Part shown: positions 53,100 through 64,000 of the stretch, piece after piece
Layout: every line of letters starts with the position of its first letter
How positions within the stretch are numbered: the first letter of the stretch is position 1
Position numbers and translations under genes: made by a program
The notes under the pieces: model-generated
What the model was told of the DNA's origin: nothing
The model's input: the letters and a program-made list of their open reading frames with translations, nothing else
Databases searched by the model: none
NCBI RefSeq assembly: GCF_964355755.1
Contig: NC_092674.1
Coordinates: 29,946,001 to 30,010,000, forward strand
Reading direction: 5' to 3'
Length of the DNA stretch: 64,000 nt
DNA from: Antedon mediterranea
Taxonomy: Eukaryota > Animalia > Echinodermata

Positions 53100-53626
53100 A
53101 TGAAGACCGGAGCATGCTCTTGATAAATGACCAACTAATCCTAACACTAATCCTAACACTACAGTAATCCTAACACTAATCCTAACTACAGTAATCCTAA
53201 CACTACTTCTAACACTAATCATAATCCTAACACTAATCATAACACTAACCATAACACTACTTCTAACACTAATCATAACACTACTTCTAACACTAATCAC
53301 AACACTAATCCTAACACTACAGTAATCCTAACACTAATCCTAGTAATCCTAACACTATACTTCTAACACTAATCATAACACTAAGCCTAACACTAACCAT
53401 AACACTGATTCTAACACTAATCATAACACTACTTCTAACACTAATCATAACACTAATCCTAACACTACAGTAATCCTAACACTAATCCCAACTACAGTAA
53501 TCCTAACACTATACTTCTAACACTAATCATAACACTAATCCTAACACTAATCCTAACACTAACCATAACACTAATTCTAACACTAATCCTAACTCTTAAT
53601 ATAACCAGCCATGGTCATGTCTTCAT
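53100..53626. repeat. Telomere-like (CTAATCCTAACA)n array bounded by short inverted repeats
   Basis: Degenerate 6/12-bp units at 53134-53595; ATGAAGAC...ATGACCA on the left and TGGTCAT-GTCTTCAT on the right. Confidence 0.85.
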
Positions 53627-53989
53627 TCTCAACTAATCCTTTAGAAGTTGAGAATACATGCAATACAAAAAAGAAAGGACAAACAAGTCTGTATAAGTAC
53701 AATGTATAAACATAAACACTCTACTATTGATTTTCTATAATAATACGCAGGCGAGGTTTTATGTCAAATATCGATAAGAAAGTAAAATCACAATTAAAGT
53801 TTAAATATAAAAACAATCGTGTTATTGTGTGTTGTATCATAATGAATCATAAAGAAATATAATTATTATAAATTAAATATTATACGGACGACGAAAAAAT
53901 AACTTAATATCATTCGTTGGTTTATGTCACACAATAAATACAGACAACCAATACCAAATGACTTATTTATTCATTGCTAATATACAGTA

Positions 53990-55987
53990 ATTGACATATT
54001 GGCTGGTAATACAGTCTATTCAGCTAACGGATCAATAGAGCACGGATGAGACCACCAACCTGTCTGTGTGTCACAATCTCGGAATATTATTTTATACATT
54101 ACAGTATCGACTTTTGTAATTCGGTGTCTTGGAGCTGGTGTATGGTTCGTCCTTACAGAGCTACGTGAGTGCTGTGATTTCAACGAATAGGTTAGTAACC
54201 ATTTTAATTATTGTGCTGTGTTGTAGTATATGGCATACTGTCTCAGTAGCTGTGAATTGACTTAGGCTTACTAGTCGTGCTGTAAAATATTGATAGAATA
54301 TAATACAGCAATGATAATGATTATTATTATTGAGCGTTTAACCCGTCAAAATACAAAAGTAAAAAAAAAACATCCATTTGGCCACATTCGAATGATTTTT
54401 TAAAGGTGTTTCGTACTGTTAAATGCATATATTATGATGCGTTGGAGTTTGATAAAACTGTGTAGTCTGTGTTCCCACTTGGAGGCAACGCAACAATAAG
54501 TAGGCGCAACGCAGAGTTGAGTCGACCAATCAAGTGACAGTAAATATTCATGCGTCGTAAATGGCCAAATTGTTTATACTTTTGCGGTTGCGTCCAAGTG
54601 GGAATCAAGTTTAAAGAAGCCTAACATTCCAAATACTGTGTAGGCCTACTATTGAAGGGTTCTTCTAAAATTATTAAACGGAGTCGCGCTGACTGACACC
54701 GTTTGGCATCGTTCTCTGTATTGTTGCTTGATGGTCTGCTTAGCATTTCATCCAAAAGATGGTTATTTTAATTTGATTCACAATCAGCATTTTTGCTGAC
54801 TAAAGTAAATTTGTATAATAATTGTAGTGACCCAACGTACAACAAAATAAATATATTATTTACAAAATTTCAAAAGCTAGAACAATTATATAAACAAGCT
54901 ATTGCCAGCATCTTTCGGACAATAAAATTTGATTGATTTATGGTGTAACTTCGTGTTATTGTACTTCAGGAAAGATACAATAATTAGACATTCAAAATTG
55001 AAAAAGCCGTTTTGAACACATTGACATATTGGCTGGTAATATACAGTCTATTCAGCTAACGGATCAATAGAGCACGGATGAGACCACCAACCTGTCTGTG
55101 TGTCACAATCTCGGAATATTATTTTATACATTACAGTATCGACTTTTGTAATTCGGTGTCTTGGAGCTGGTGTACGGTTCGTCCTTACAGAGCTACGTGG
55201 GTGCTGTGATTTCAACGAATAGGTTAGTAACCATTTTAATTATTGTGCTTTGTTGTAGTATATGGCATACTGTCTCAGTAGCTGTAAATTGACTTAGGCT
55301 TACTAGTCGTGCTGTAAAATATTGATAGAATATAATACAGCAATGATAATGATTATTATTATTGAGCGTTTAACCTGTCAAAATACAAAAGTAAAAAAAA
55401 ACATCCATTTGGCCACATTCGAATGATTTTTTAAAGGTGTTTCGTACTGTTTAATGCATATATTATTATGCGTTGGAGTTTGATAAAACTGTGTAGTCTG
55501 TGTTCCCACTTGGAGGCAACGCAACAATAAGTAGGCGCAACGCAGACTTGAGTCGACCAATCAAGTGACAGCAAATATTCATGCGTCGTAAATGGCCAAA
55601 TTGTTTATACTTTTGCGGTTGCGTCCAAGTGGGAATCAAGTTTAAAGAAGCCTAACCTTCCAAATACTGTGTAGGCCTACTATTGAAGGGTTCTTCTAAA
55701 ATTATTAAACGGAGTCGCGCTGACTGACACCGTTTTGCATCGTTCACTGTAATGTTGCTGACTAAAGTAAATTTGTATAATAATTGTAGTGACCCAACGT
55801 ACAACAAAATAAATATATTATTTACAAAATTTCAAAAGCTAGAACAATTATATAAACAAGCTATTGCCAGCATCTTTCGGACAATAAAATTTGATTGATT
55901 TATGGTATAACTTCGTGTTAACGTACCGTACTTCAGGAAAGATACAATAATTAGACATTCAAAATTGAAAAAGCCGTTTTGAACACC
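53990..55987. repeat. ~1-kb near-identical tandem duplication (53990-55019 and 55020-55987), each copy carrying a degraded MITE B
   Basis: Both copies begin ATTGACATATTGGCTGGTAATA and end GCCGTTTTGAACAC. Confidence 0.95.
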
Positions 55988-56778
55988 AATAACAAGAATA
56001 TGAATGAAGTTAACTTAAATCAAGATTGTGTTTGATAGCATTATGAATATTTGTGATATCTATGCGGATAAATCGTTCGTTAAAGACGCCAGATCAAACA
56101 CCAGCCCCCCCCCCCCCCCCCCCACAACAACAGAGGCACATTAATGTTGACGAGCGTATACAAAAACCGAACAATTTCCATCGTGACCAGAGAATTGTAA
56201 GCGTAACGCAAGTGTGACGAATTACGACGCGTTGAATGATGATCATCCATCTATTACGTACGTCCTTTTTGCGTTGCGTCCTAGTGTGAACCAACTTAAA
56301 TACGTCATACACTATAATAAATTGACTATAATTTTAATAGGGGCCAGTTCCATTGAATCCAATTATATTAATATGTTGATATTAATACAGAAATTGGTAG
56401 GTGTTGTTTATTTGTTAATGTTATTGTATAAAAACACGTCAATTACAGTTGCGTAATGATGACAATATTCTGTCTCACGTCCTTAGCAACGTAGGCCTAC
56501 GCTGTCATTATTATTTATTAATTTATAGAACCTCTAATTCTATGAGGCTAAGCACGGTACATCCACCAACAAATATGAATAAAAACGAAATCCGTCGCCG
56601 ATCTAAGATTTTATAAGATTCATACAAATAAATGCATGCCATTATTTAAATAACGCTCTACTAATCAGGTCATCATTATAACCTGACAGCTTGGCTGTAA
56701 AATAAACGTTTAATACGTCATAAGGGAATATATCGGCTCACTACGGTGCGAATCGTCTCCCAGTTTAGCTCGATGTAA

Positions 56779-56905
56779 AGCTCTGTCTACTCTATCAAAC
56801 CTGTTTGACAGAAAAAAAGTGTGATGTGCCCAAATATTGTAAAGACAGGACGTCATCGTGACCATATACGGGCACATCACAAGGTTTGATAGTATAGACA
56901 GAGCT
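56779..56905. mobile_element. MITE family A
   Basis: TIRs AGCTCTGTCTA...TAGACAGAGCT with TAA/TTA flanks. Confidence 0.85.
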
Positions 56906-57675
56906 TTAGCCTAAAGGAAAAAGTAGGCATGGGCCGAAAATGACCACTATAACTATAATATACACATTGTTTTCTCTGTTTATTTACCTTACTAATTATA
57001 TCTAGAATTTCTTACACAATAACAAATGCTAAATAAGATATGCTGTATTGATTTTAATCAAAGTGTTTTGTTTTTTGTTTTTTTTTTTATGAGAAATACG
57101 GTAACCAAATGAATGAATTATCGTACTAACTACATACATTTACTTAATCATGCATACATTTAGTTTAATCGACTAATTTCTATTCAGATGTCCTCCAAAC
57201 AATAATTATTATTTATTGTCATATCATTTTGCTCCAATACCAGTATTAGTAACATATTAATTTAATTCAAAACAAATTATAAATTTGACAAATTCATAGT
57301 TGTATAACATTGTTTACAAACTGTAAACGTATTGTAATTGGAATAAATGAAACATCATCAAAATAATGCATTATTTATAAGTAAGTTTCAAAATGACAAG
57401 GTCGTCTTATTGTCGTAGTTCGCAAATAATGAAAATCAATCTCTTTTGATATTTCAGTCGATTGTTATGATAGAAGATTTAAATATTATTTAAATTCTTA
57501 TAATTACTAAATTCTGTCTATTATTAGATTTACGCCACAAGAGTTTTAAACTGATAGTAGGCAATCCAAAAGGTAGACGACGCGCGATCTACAACAAGCG
57601 AATAAGGTGCAGGGACGGGTGATCCAAGGAGCAGACAAACGATCAAACGTGTTTTCCGACGTAGCATACGATCCA

Positions 57676-57796
57676 AAAAGCAGGCGACCTAAAAGCAGAC
57701 GACCTGAGAGCAGACGATCTAAAAGCAGACGACCTAAAAGTAGACGACATAATTGTCTAAAAGCAGACGACATAATTGTCTAAAAGCAGACGTATA
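57676..57796. repeat. 15/23-bp tandem repeat AAAAGCAGACGACCT abutting the start codon of channel B
   Basis: About 7 units. Confidence 0.85.
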
Positions 57797-60700
57797 ATGT
57801 CAGACAAGCAGAGTTTAGAAGCGGAGTTTGCAACCAATACCACCCTTCATGGACTCCAGTATATCGTCACAAGTAAACGCTGGATTTTCAAGCTACTATG
57901 GGTGTTGGTATTTTTGACGGGATTAGGGTTGTGTGTCTGGCAAATCAGCCTACGATTTAAAGAATATCGGATGTTCAACGTCAATACTGAAATTAATCTG
58001 ACGTTTGTGAATGAACTCGACTTTCCAGCCGTTACCATCTGCAATTTTAATAGGTACGGTGCAATTAATTGTAAAGTTGAATGAAGAAAGTCAGCTAGTC
58101 AGAGTAGGCATTCTATGACGTGTATAACTAGTGTGAACGCATCTGAAGTTACTCTATCACCTGTGTGGAAAGCTTTTTTTCCACTTGCAACGTAACGCAA
58201 CGTAAGTGATTTTACCAATCACAAGCGATGGATTATTCAAACTGTCACTTGTCATTGGTGAACATGATTGCGTTGCGTCTACGTTATATTGCGTTACGTC
58301 TCTAGTGGGAACCAAGCTTAAGTGCGCCAAAAATAATTTGACCAATTACGACTCGATGGATCATCTGTGTCTGTCGCTTGTGATTGATCAACTCAAGCGT
58401 GGTTCCCACTAGCGACGCAACACAAGGACGTAACGCAACGCAAGTGAATTGACCAATCACAAGCGATGGCTTATTCGCTTGATTGCTAACTGTCTATAAC
58501 TTCGCTTGTCATTGGTTAAAACGCTTGCGTTGCGTTTACGTCTTTGCGTTACGTTCTCGTGGGAACCAAGCTTCAGGTAGATCTCTTATAAAACTACAGT
58601 ATTTTTCAACTTTCAGGTATCGAAGATCAGCTCTAACTGACGGTGATTATGAAATTATAGAGTATCTATGGGAAGCCGAAGAATATGATTATTTTTCGGA
58701 TGGCAGCTATTCTGATGGTAGCTTTGACTACGACAAAGTATTCACAGATGCCGGAAACTTTAGTACGTCTGAGTTCACAAACAGAACTGGCTTTCTTCTT
58801 AATAACGACACGCTTTTGACATGCAAATGGAAAGACAAATCGGGGTGTACAAATGTGGTGAGTGTTGTCGGAATTGTATTTAAAGCTCTATCTTCACTAT
58901 CAAACTTTATGTGACAAAATATGTAATGTGCCCATATATACATAGTGATGTCTTATCACTACCGTATTTGGGCATATCACTACCATAAGTGGGAATATCA
59001 CACTTTTTTTGTCAAACTTGTTTGATAGTGTAGACAGAGCTTAAGATCTATTCTAATGTTCGCTTCCGAGGTTTATCATAGATAAGTTAGATAACTCCTT
59101 GTGGTGGTTAGACGTTTCTAAGGTTTGGTTTACATGCACTTCTATGGTTTACACGTAGTAGTCTAAAGTATGGTTTACACGTAGTAGTCTAAAGTATGGT
59201 TTACACGTAGTAGTCTAAAGTATGGTTTACACGTAGTAGTCTAAAGTATGGTTTACACGTAGAAGTCTAAAATATGGTTTACACGTAGTAGTCTAAAGTA
59301 TGGTTTACACGTATTAGTCTAAAGTATGGTTTACACGTAGTAGTCTAAAGTATGGTTTACACGTAGTAGTCTAAAGTATATGATTTTACAGCTACGCCTT
59401 ATAGGCATGGTTTACACGTACTTTTAAGATGTGTTGCAACATTAACAGTGTATATATAGGCCAGATATAGGCCTATGATTAATTTTACAGTACTTGCTTT
59501 CCCAGAATAATTTATTTTGGAACAATACACAGGAGTGTAGGTCTACGTTTCTTTGAAGTTCAAATGCAAATATAGTTAATTAGTAATAAGAACTGAATTA
59601 ATATATTGTATTCTAAAACAGTGAATAATCAAACAACAATTACGAGAGAATTAAATTACTGAATGTTTTATGTAACGTGTTACCTTGACATACTCATCTT
59701 AATAACCTAGCAATATTGGCAACAGTAACCGACGTACATTTCAGGTAATACACCATAATAATGCTTTAAAGCTCAGGTACAGGCATGGATTTTAAATTTA
59801 ATATCTGATTAATTCTACATAAATCAAATATTTGTAACATAAATAAAGATCGATAATTATCGGAATGTATGATCAATAGAATTTTTTTGCCCGCACCTGG
59901 CCTTTAATGTTCACATCATCTTACGAATATTCATAAGGACACACATTCACACGCACCTGCAACATACGCACATGTCAACGAGATTGAAGTCAACCATGAC
60001 TGAGAAGGTGAAAATTGTGTGTAACCTCGTTAGCCTCCAATCTTACAAGTATAATTTCACCTGCTATGTTTAGATACATTAATTGTACTATTTCAAGAAT
60101 CTAAATGGTATAACACATTACTTCTCCTCCTAAAAATGATTCCCAATTAAGTTCTGTAATGAGAAAGTGCAATTATGTTGATACATTTCAGAATTTTACT
60201 CACTTGTATACGTCATACGGAAATTGCTACACATTCAACTCTGGATTGTATTGGGACATCTTGAAGGTCAGACAACCTGGATCAGGAAATGCCCTACAGA
60301 TAATGATTGACATACAACAAGTAAGAGCCTAATTGTATTATATACCGTTTGCTAGGTTACGATGACGCTAAAAAACGATGCGCGCGCAACACCAAACATT
60401 TAACCAATCATAATTAGTTTAGTAATAACGTCGGTTGTGATTGGTCAAATGTTTTTTGTTGCGTTAAAACTTTTGTTACGTTCTCCTCCTGCAGCTAGAG
60501 AGAGAGATGCGCGCAATTTTTACTTTTATTGATCTTGTCAAAAGTCCATCGATAAAATGACATTGGTGTCAAAGACCGTAGTTATTGTCTTTATTATGTT
60601 ATACGTGAGAGCGAGCTTATACGTATGAAACGCCATATCTGCCAAAACATTCATCTTTTTACTAATATTAATTTGAAACTCCGTCTAGAACCTTGACTAC

Positions 60701-62627
60701 CTCGTACATTGTACTTAGCTCTATTTTTTGGAGCTTTCAACAAGTTACATAAATTGACTGTCTTGTAGTATCACGTTTATAAAACAAATGACTATACTTA
60801 AATCAAAGATGATTTAAATGCGTCTTTTTCTCCAAGGATGAATACACAGAGAAGCCAGAGGGCAACTTAGAAGCCGGCCTGAAAGTATTGGTACATTCAC
60901 AGGACGAACCACCACTTGTGGAGTCTAAAGGCTTTGGAGTCCCTCCGGGTGTACACGCCTTCGTATCTACACGTAAAGTCAAGGCAAGTACTTTATATTA
61001 GAAACCACGATTTGTGTCTACCTACGTACACAACTATTATTAATATGTATAGTTAAGCTTGATTCCAACGCAAGGACGAAGGCATAACGAAAGTGAGTTA
61101 ACCAATGATCAATCGCGTTTTTTATTGGTCAAATCACTTGCGGGGCGCTACGTCATTGGGTTGCTTTTTCCAATTGGTCTAGGCTCCAAGCTCTTTAATG
61201 ATGTCAATAACTTTCCAAATGCTATAGGTTGAAACACTAGATCAACCATACGGTCATTGTGACAAGTCATTGAAGTTACAATACTATCGTGTGTACACGG
61301 TCTCTGGATGTCTGCTAGAATGTCGACTTAAAAATATCGTGGAACATTGCGGATGCAGACCTATACGGTAGTGTTTTTTTGTTGTCAGAATTGCTCACTC
61401 TCTGTATTTATTATGGTTTTACGTTTACCTTTGATTTAATATTCATAACTTAACATACAGTACATCTCCTAACACATTCACTTAGCGTATTAATTCCTAA
61501 CATATTCATACATTACCATATTTTGTGTAATTTAAAATAATAGTGATAATCGGTTGGTCCCACGTACGTAAGACAAAAAAAAAAATAATACGATTGGTTA
61601 ATCCAAATCATATTTTATTGATGACTTAATTTACAATAATTACGTTAATACAATATGACGTAGTTACAATGATGACATAGTACAAAGATGACATCATAAA
61701 GATAAAATGACAATGACGATTATGACTAGATTAGATTATAGCATGATACAGATTATGAAGTAATAATACTGACTAAAATACATACATTTACATAATTGTA
61801 ATTGTAGATACCCAGGAGCAAACGATCACAGAGAATGCACACCAAAAGAAACCGAAGGTTGCGCCTCAGATGTACTAAGTATGCTATTCTGATATTTGTA
61901 TATAAAAAGTATCAACTGTTATGGATTGTTGACTCTACTGAATATCTTCTCTTCTTGTTACCTTTCTCTAGGAAAGTTAAAGAACGGTACACTTGAAGAG
62001 TGCGATTGCCCAGTTCCATGCGCGTACACTTCGTTCACAACGTCAGTGACGTACGCTTCCATACCCAACCTATCAGTAGAGGATGAGCTATATGAATCTT
62101 ACAATGATTCAAGTGCAGAAATATCGTAAGGCTGAGACTATTTTTAGTTAAGAGGGGAGGGGGTTCCTCATGCCCCTTCCGTCTGCATCTAATCAATCTA
62201 CAAAATATGGACGGTCCATCATTTCCAATTTGGCAAGAAAATGATCGAATATTCAAAATCCACAAGTCTATTTATATAATTATTAAGAATAATCCTTCAT
62301 TAGTGGTAAAGCCTTGTCTACACTATCAAACTTTATTTGAAAAAAAATGTATGGACATGATGATGTCATATCTCTATCATATTTGGGTATACCCTACTGG
62401 GCTCGTCACACTTTTTATGTCAAACTAGTTTGATAGTGTAGACAGAGCTTTACATTTCATTTAAAAACAACTACTCGCATTTTTTATTTTCTGTAGAGAC
62501 AATTCTGAAAACGTTACAACTATTTGTTTTGATAGGAAAAATTATATAATACTTGATGTATATTTTGAAGAGCTCAATTTACAAGTATATAAACAAACTC
62601 CAGCCATGACGTCATCAGCTCTTCTTA
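57797..62627 (+). CDS. DEG/ENaC family (ASIC-like) channel, paralog B, 3'-incomplete; exons 57797-58053, 58617-58857, 60192-60320, 60837-60983, 61228-61367, 61808-61878, 61972-62125, 62536-62627
   Basis: TTLHG, FPAVTICNFN, YGNCYTFN, GLKVLVHSQDEPP, CDCPVPC and LDVYFEELN. Intron positions and phases match paralog A (exons 4, 5, 7 and 8 have identical lengths). The TM2 exon was not found before 64000. Confidence 0.94.
58171..58572. mobile_element. Cluster of MITE family B copies (58171-58318 and 58396-58572, with a fragment between) in intron 1 of channel B
   Basis: GTGGGAACCAAGCT TIRs and shared core. Confidence 0.88.
58884..59041. mobile_element. MITE family A
   Basis: TIRs with TAA on both sides. 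Confidence 0.88.
59122..59420. repeat. 26-bp minisatellite TATGGTTTACACGTAGTAGTCTAAAG
   Basis: About 9 tandem copies. Confidence 0.95.
61056..61193. mobile_element. Degraded MITE family B copy
   Basis: AGCTTGATTCC...CCAAGCT ends, with internal ACCAAT and ATTGGT. Confidence 0.55.
62310..62449. mobile_element. MITE family A
   Basis: TGTCTACACTATCAAAC and GTTTGATAGTGTAGACAGAGCT TIRs. Confidence 0.85.
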
Positions 62628-63364
62628 GTAAGTACTTTTTATTTTAACCATTGAATAAAACAAATAATTTGTTTAAATATAGTCCGTACTTAAAAATGTC
62701 CCAACTTCAAGTTCATGTGGTCATATAAAAACAATCGAATCTTTCTCCAAAATTGTAGTTAAAGCTTGTAAAAATGTAAATGTACACACATGGCGTTTCA
62801 GGCCCGTATCCAGGGGGGGTGCGTTGGGTGCAGACGCACCCCCCCAAGTCCCAAAAGGTCCACTATTTCCTCGGTTGGTATTTTTTCTTGTCTTGTTTAA
62901 CTAAAGACAATATCATTATATATATACAAAATTTACATTATCAATGGTATACAAACAAAAATATGCTAATATAAAATGAAAAAATACCGGTAATTAAATT
63001 ACGGAATCTGAACTGACTACAAACTCGATGTAAAACATGCGCAGTCGATCATGTGACGACAAGCAATAGCTTAGCGCTTCATGTACGCGGTACGCGGTAA
63101 AGTGTTTGCTGGAGAAATACCATGGATTAAAGAATAGAAGGATATGCATCGACGTGAGATCAAGGGTTCCTTGACTCTCGCCGACAGACCGCGGACCGCC
63201 CACAATGTTACAGTTTAATTAACCGCATGGTAACAACGAAACGGTCGCGTGCCTAATATATTGTTTACTGCACATGTGCAACGACATTTAACCGTGTTGA
63301 CTACGCTTCTTTCGCGCGTTCTTTGTTGCACTGTATGTATTCATACATATTTGAACAGTATAAT

Positions 63365-63553
63365 CAGTGGCGTAACGGATATGTGCGCTCACTGGCTAAA
63401 CCGAAGCTTGGGGCCCATGAGCAGTGCCCAGAGGAACAGGCATAAAATATGTCGAAAATGCTAAAAACGTCCGAGGCCTCGATCTTTGAAACTTTTGGAG
63501 GGCCACTTAGGTTTCCTAAACAAGTGGCTTCAGGCCTCTGCCTCACGCCATTG
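63365..63553. mobile_element. hAT-like MITE
   Basis: Imperfect TIRs CAGTGGCGT...ACGCCATTG; no clear 8-bp TSD. Confidence 0.45.
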
Positions 63554-64000
63554 AAAACAGTTATTAAATTACATTTTATGTTATTGTGAAGACCTTAGTG
63601 TAGGCCTACTTCATCAATATACCAGATAAAAACAATACTATATTGTTATTGGCTTAGAATTGTAGATGCTATAATTGTAATTAGTATAGGTTTCTGCCGC
63701 GATTGATCTACGCTAATGTTTTTAGGCCTATGACATTAAAGTAGCATTTTATGACCTGCAGTAGCCCTACATCTGAGACAATAACTATTTATTTGTTGTC
63801 TCAGCCTACATGTAAAATTACAAAATCAGCAATACTAGGCCTAGGCTTACTAGTAAACCATATGATTTGCCGACATTGATACTGCCTAGGTAGGCCTAGG
63901 CTAATCTGCGTCGCTAGTGGGAACACGAATCGCAACTATACATAGCCAGCCAATCCCGGATCAGGGATCGCTGTTTTCATTCAATTAGACCCGGTGATTG

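Noticed and set aside
52974-53300. 108-aa (VRISV)n ORF
   Set aside because: Translation of the telomere-like repeat.
62628-64000. Missing TM2 exon of channel B as evidence of a pseudogene
   Set aside because: The eight visible exons are intact; the last exon most likely lies beyond the window edge.

Overview
AT-rich, intron-containing invertebrate animal DNA; the homeobox sequences fit a deuterostome, probably an ambulacrarian, but the taxon cannot be confirmed here. The window holds part of a ParaHox locus: Cdx (+, 3 exons, 21786-25826) and Xlox/Pdx (-, 2 exons, 30455-35857) in the canonical tail-to-tail arrangement, about 4.6 kb apart. TFAP4 (bHLH-ZIP) lies directly 5' of Cdx. On the Xlox 5' side, where Gsx is expected, I found no homeobox in 28 kb. 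That interval instead holds a head-to-head pair of paralogous DEG/ENaC (ASIC-like) channel genes: one complete with 9 exons, and one whose last exon lies beyond the window and which has a GC-AG intron. Non-coding DNA contains two abundant PIF/Harbinger-type MITE families, a tRNA-derived SINE, LINE 3' remnants, many minisatellites, a 1-kb tandem duplication and CTCF-like motifs. Most of the supplied ORFs are spurious. Exon coordinates were read by hand.
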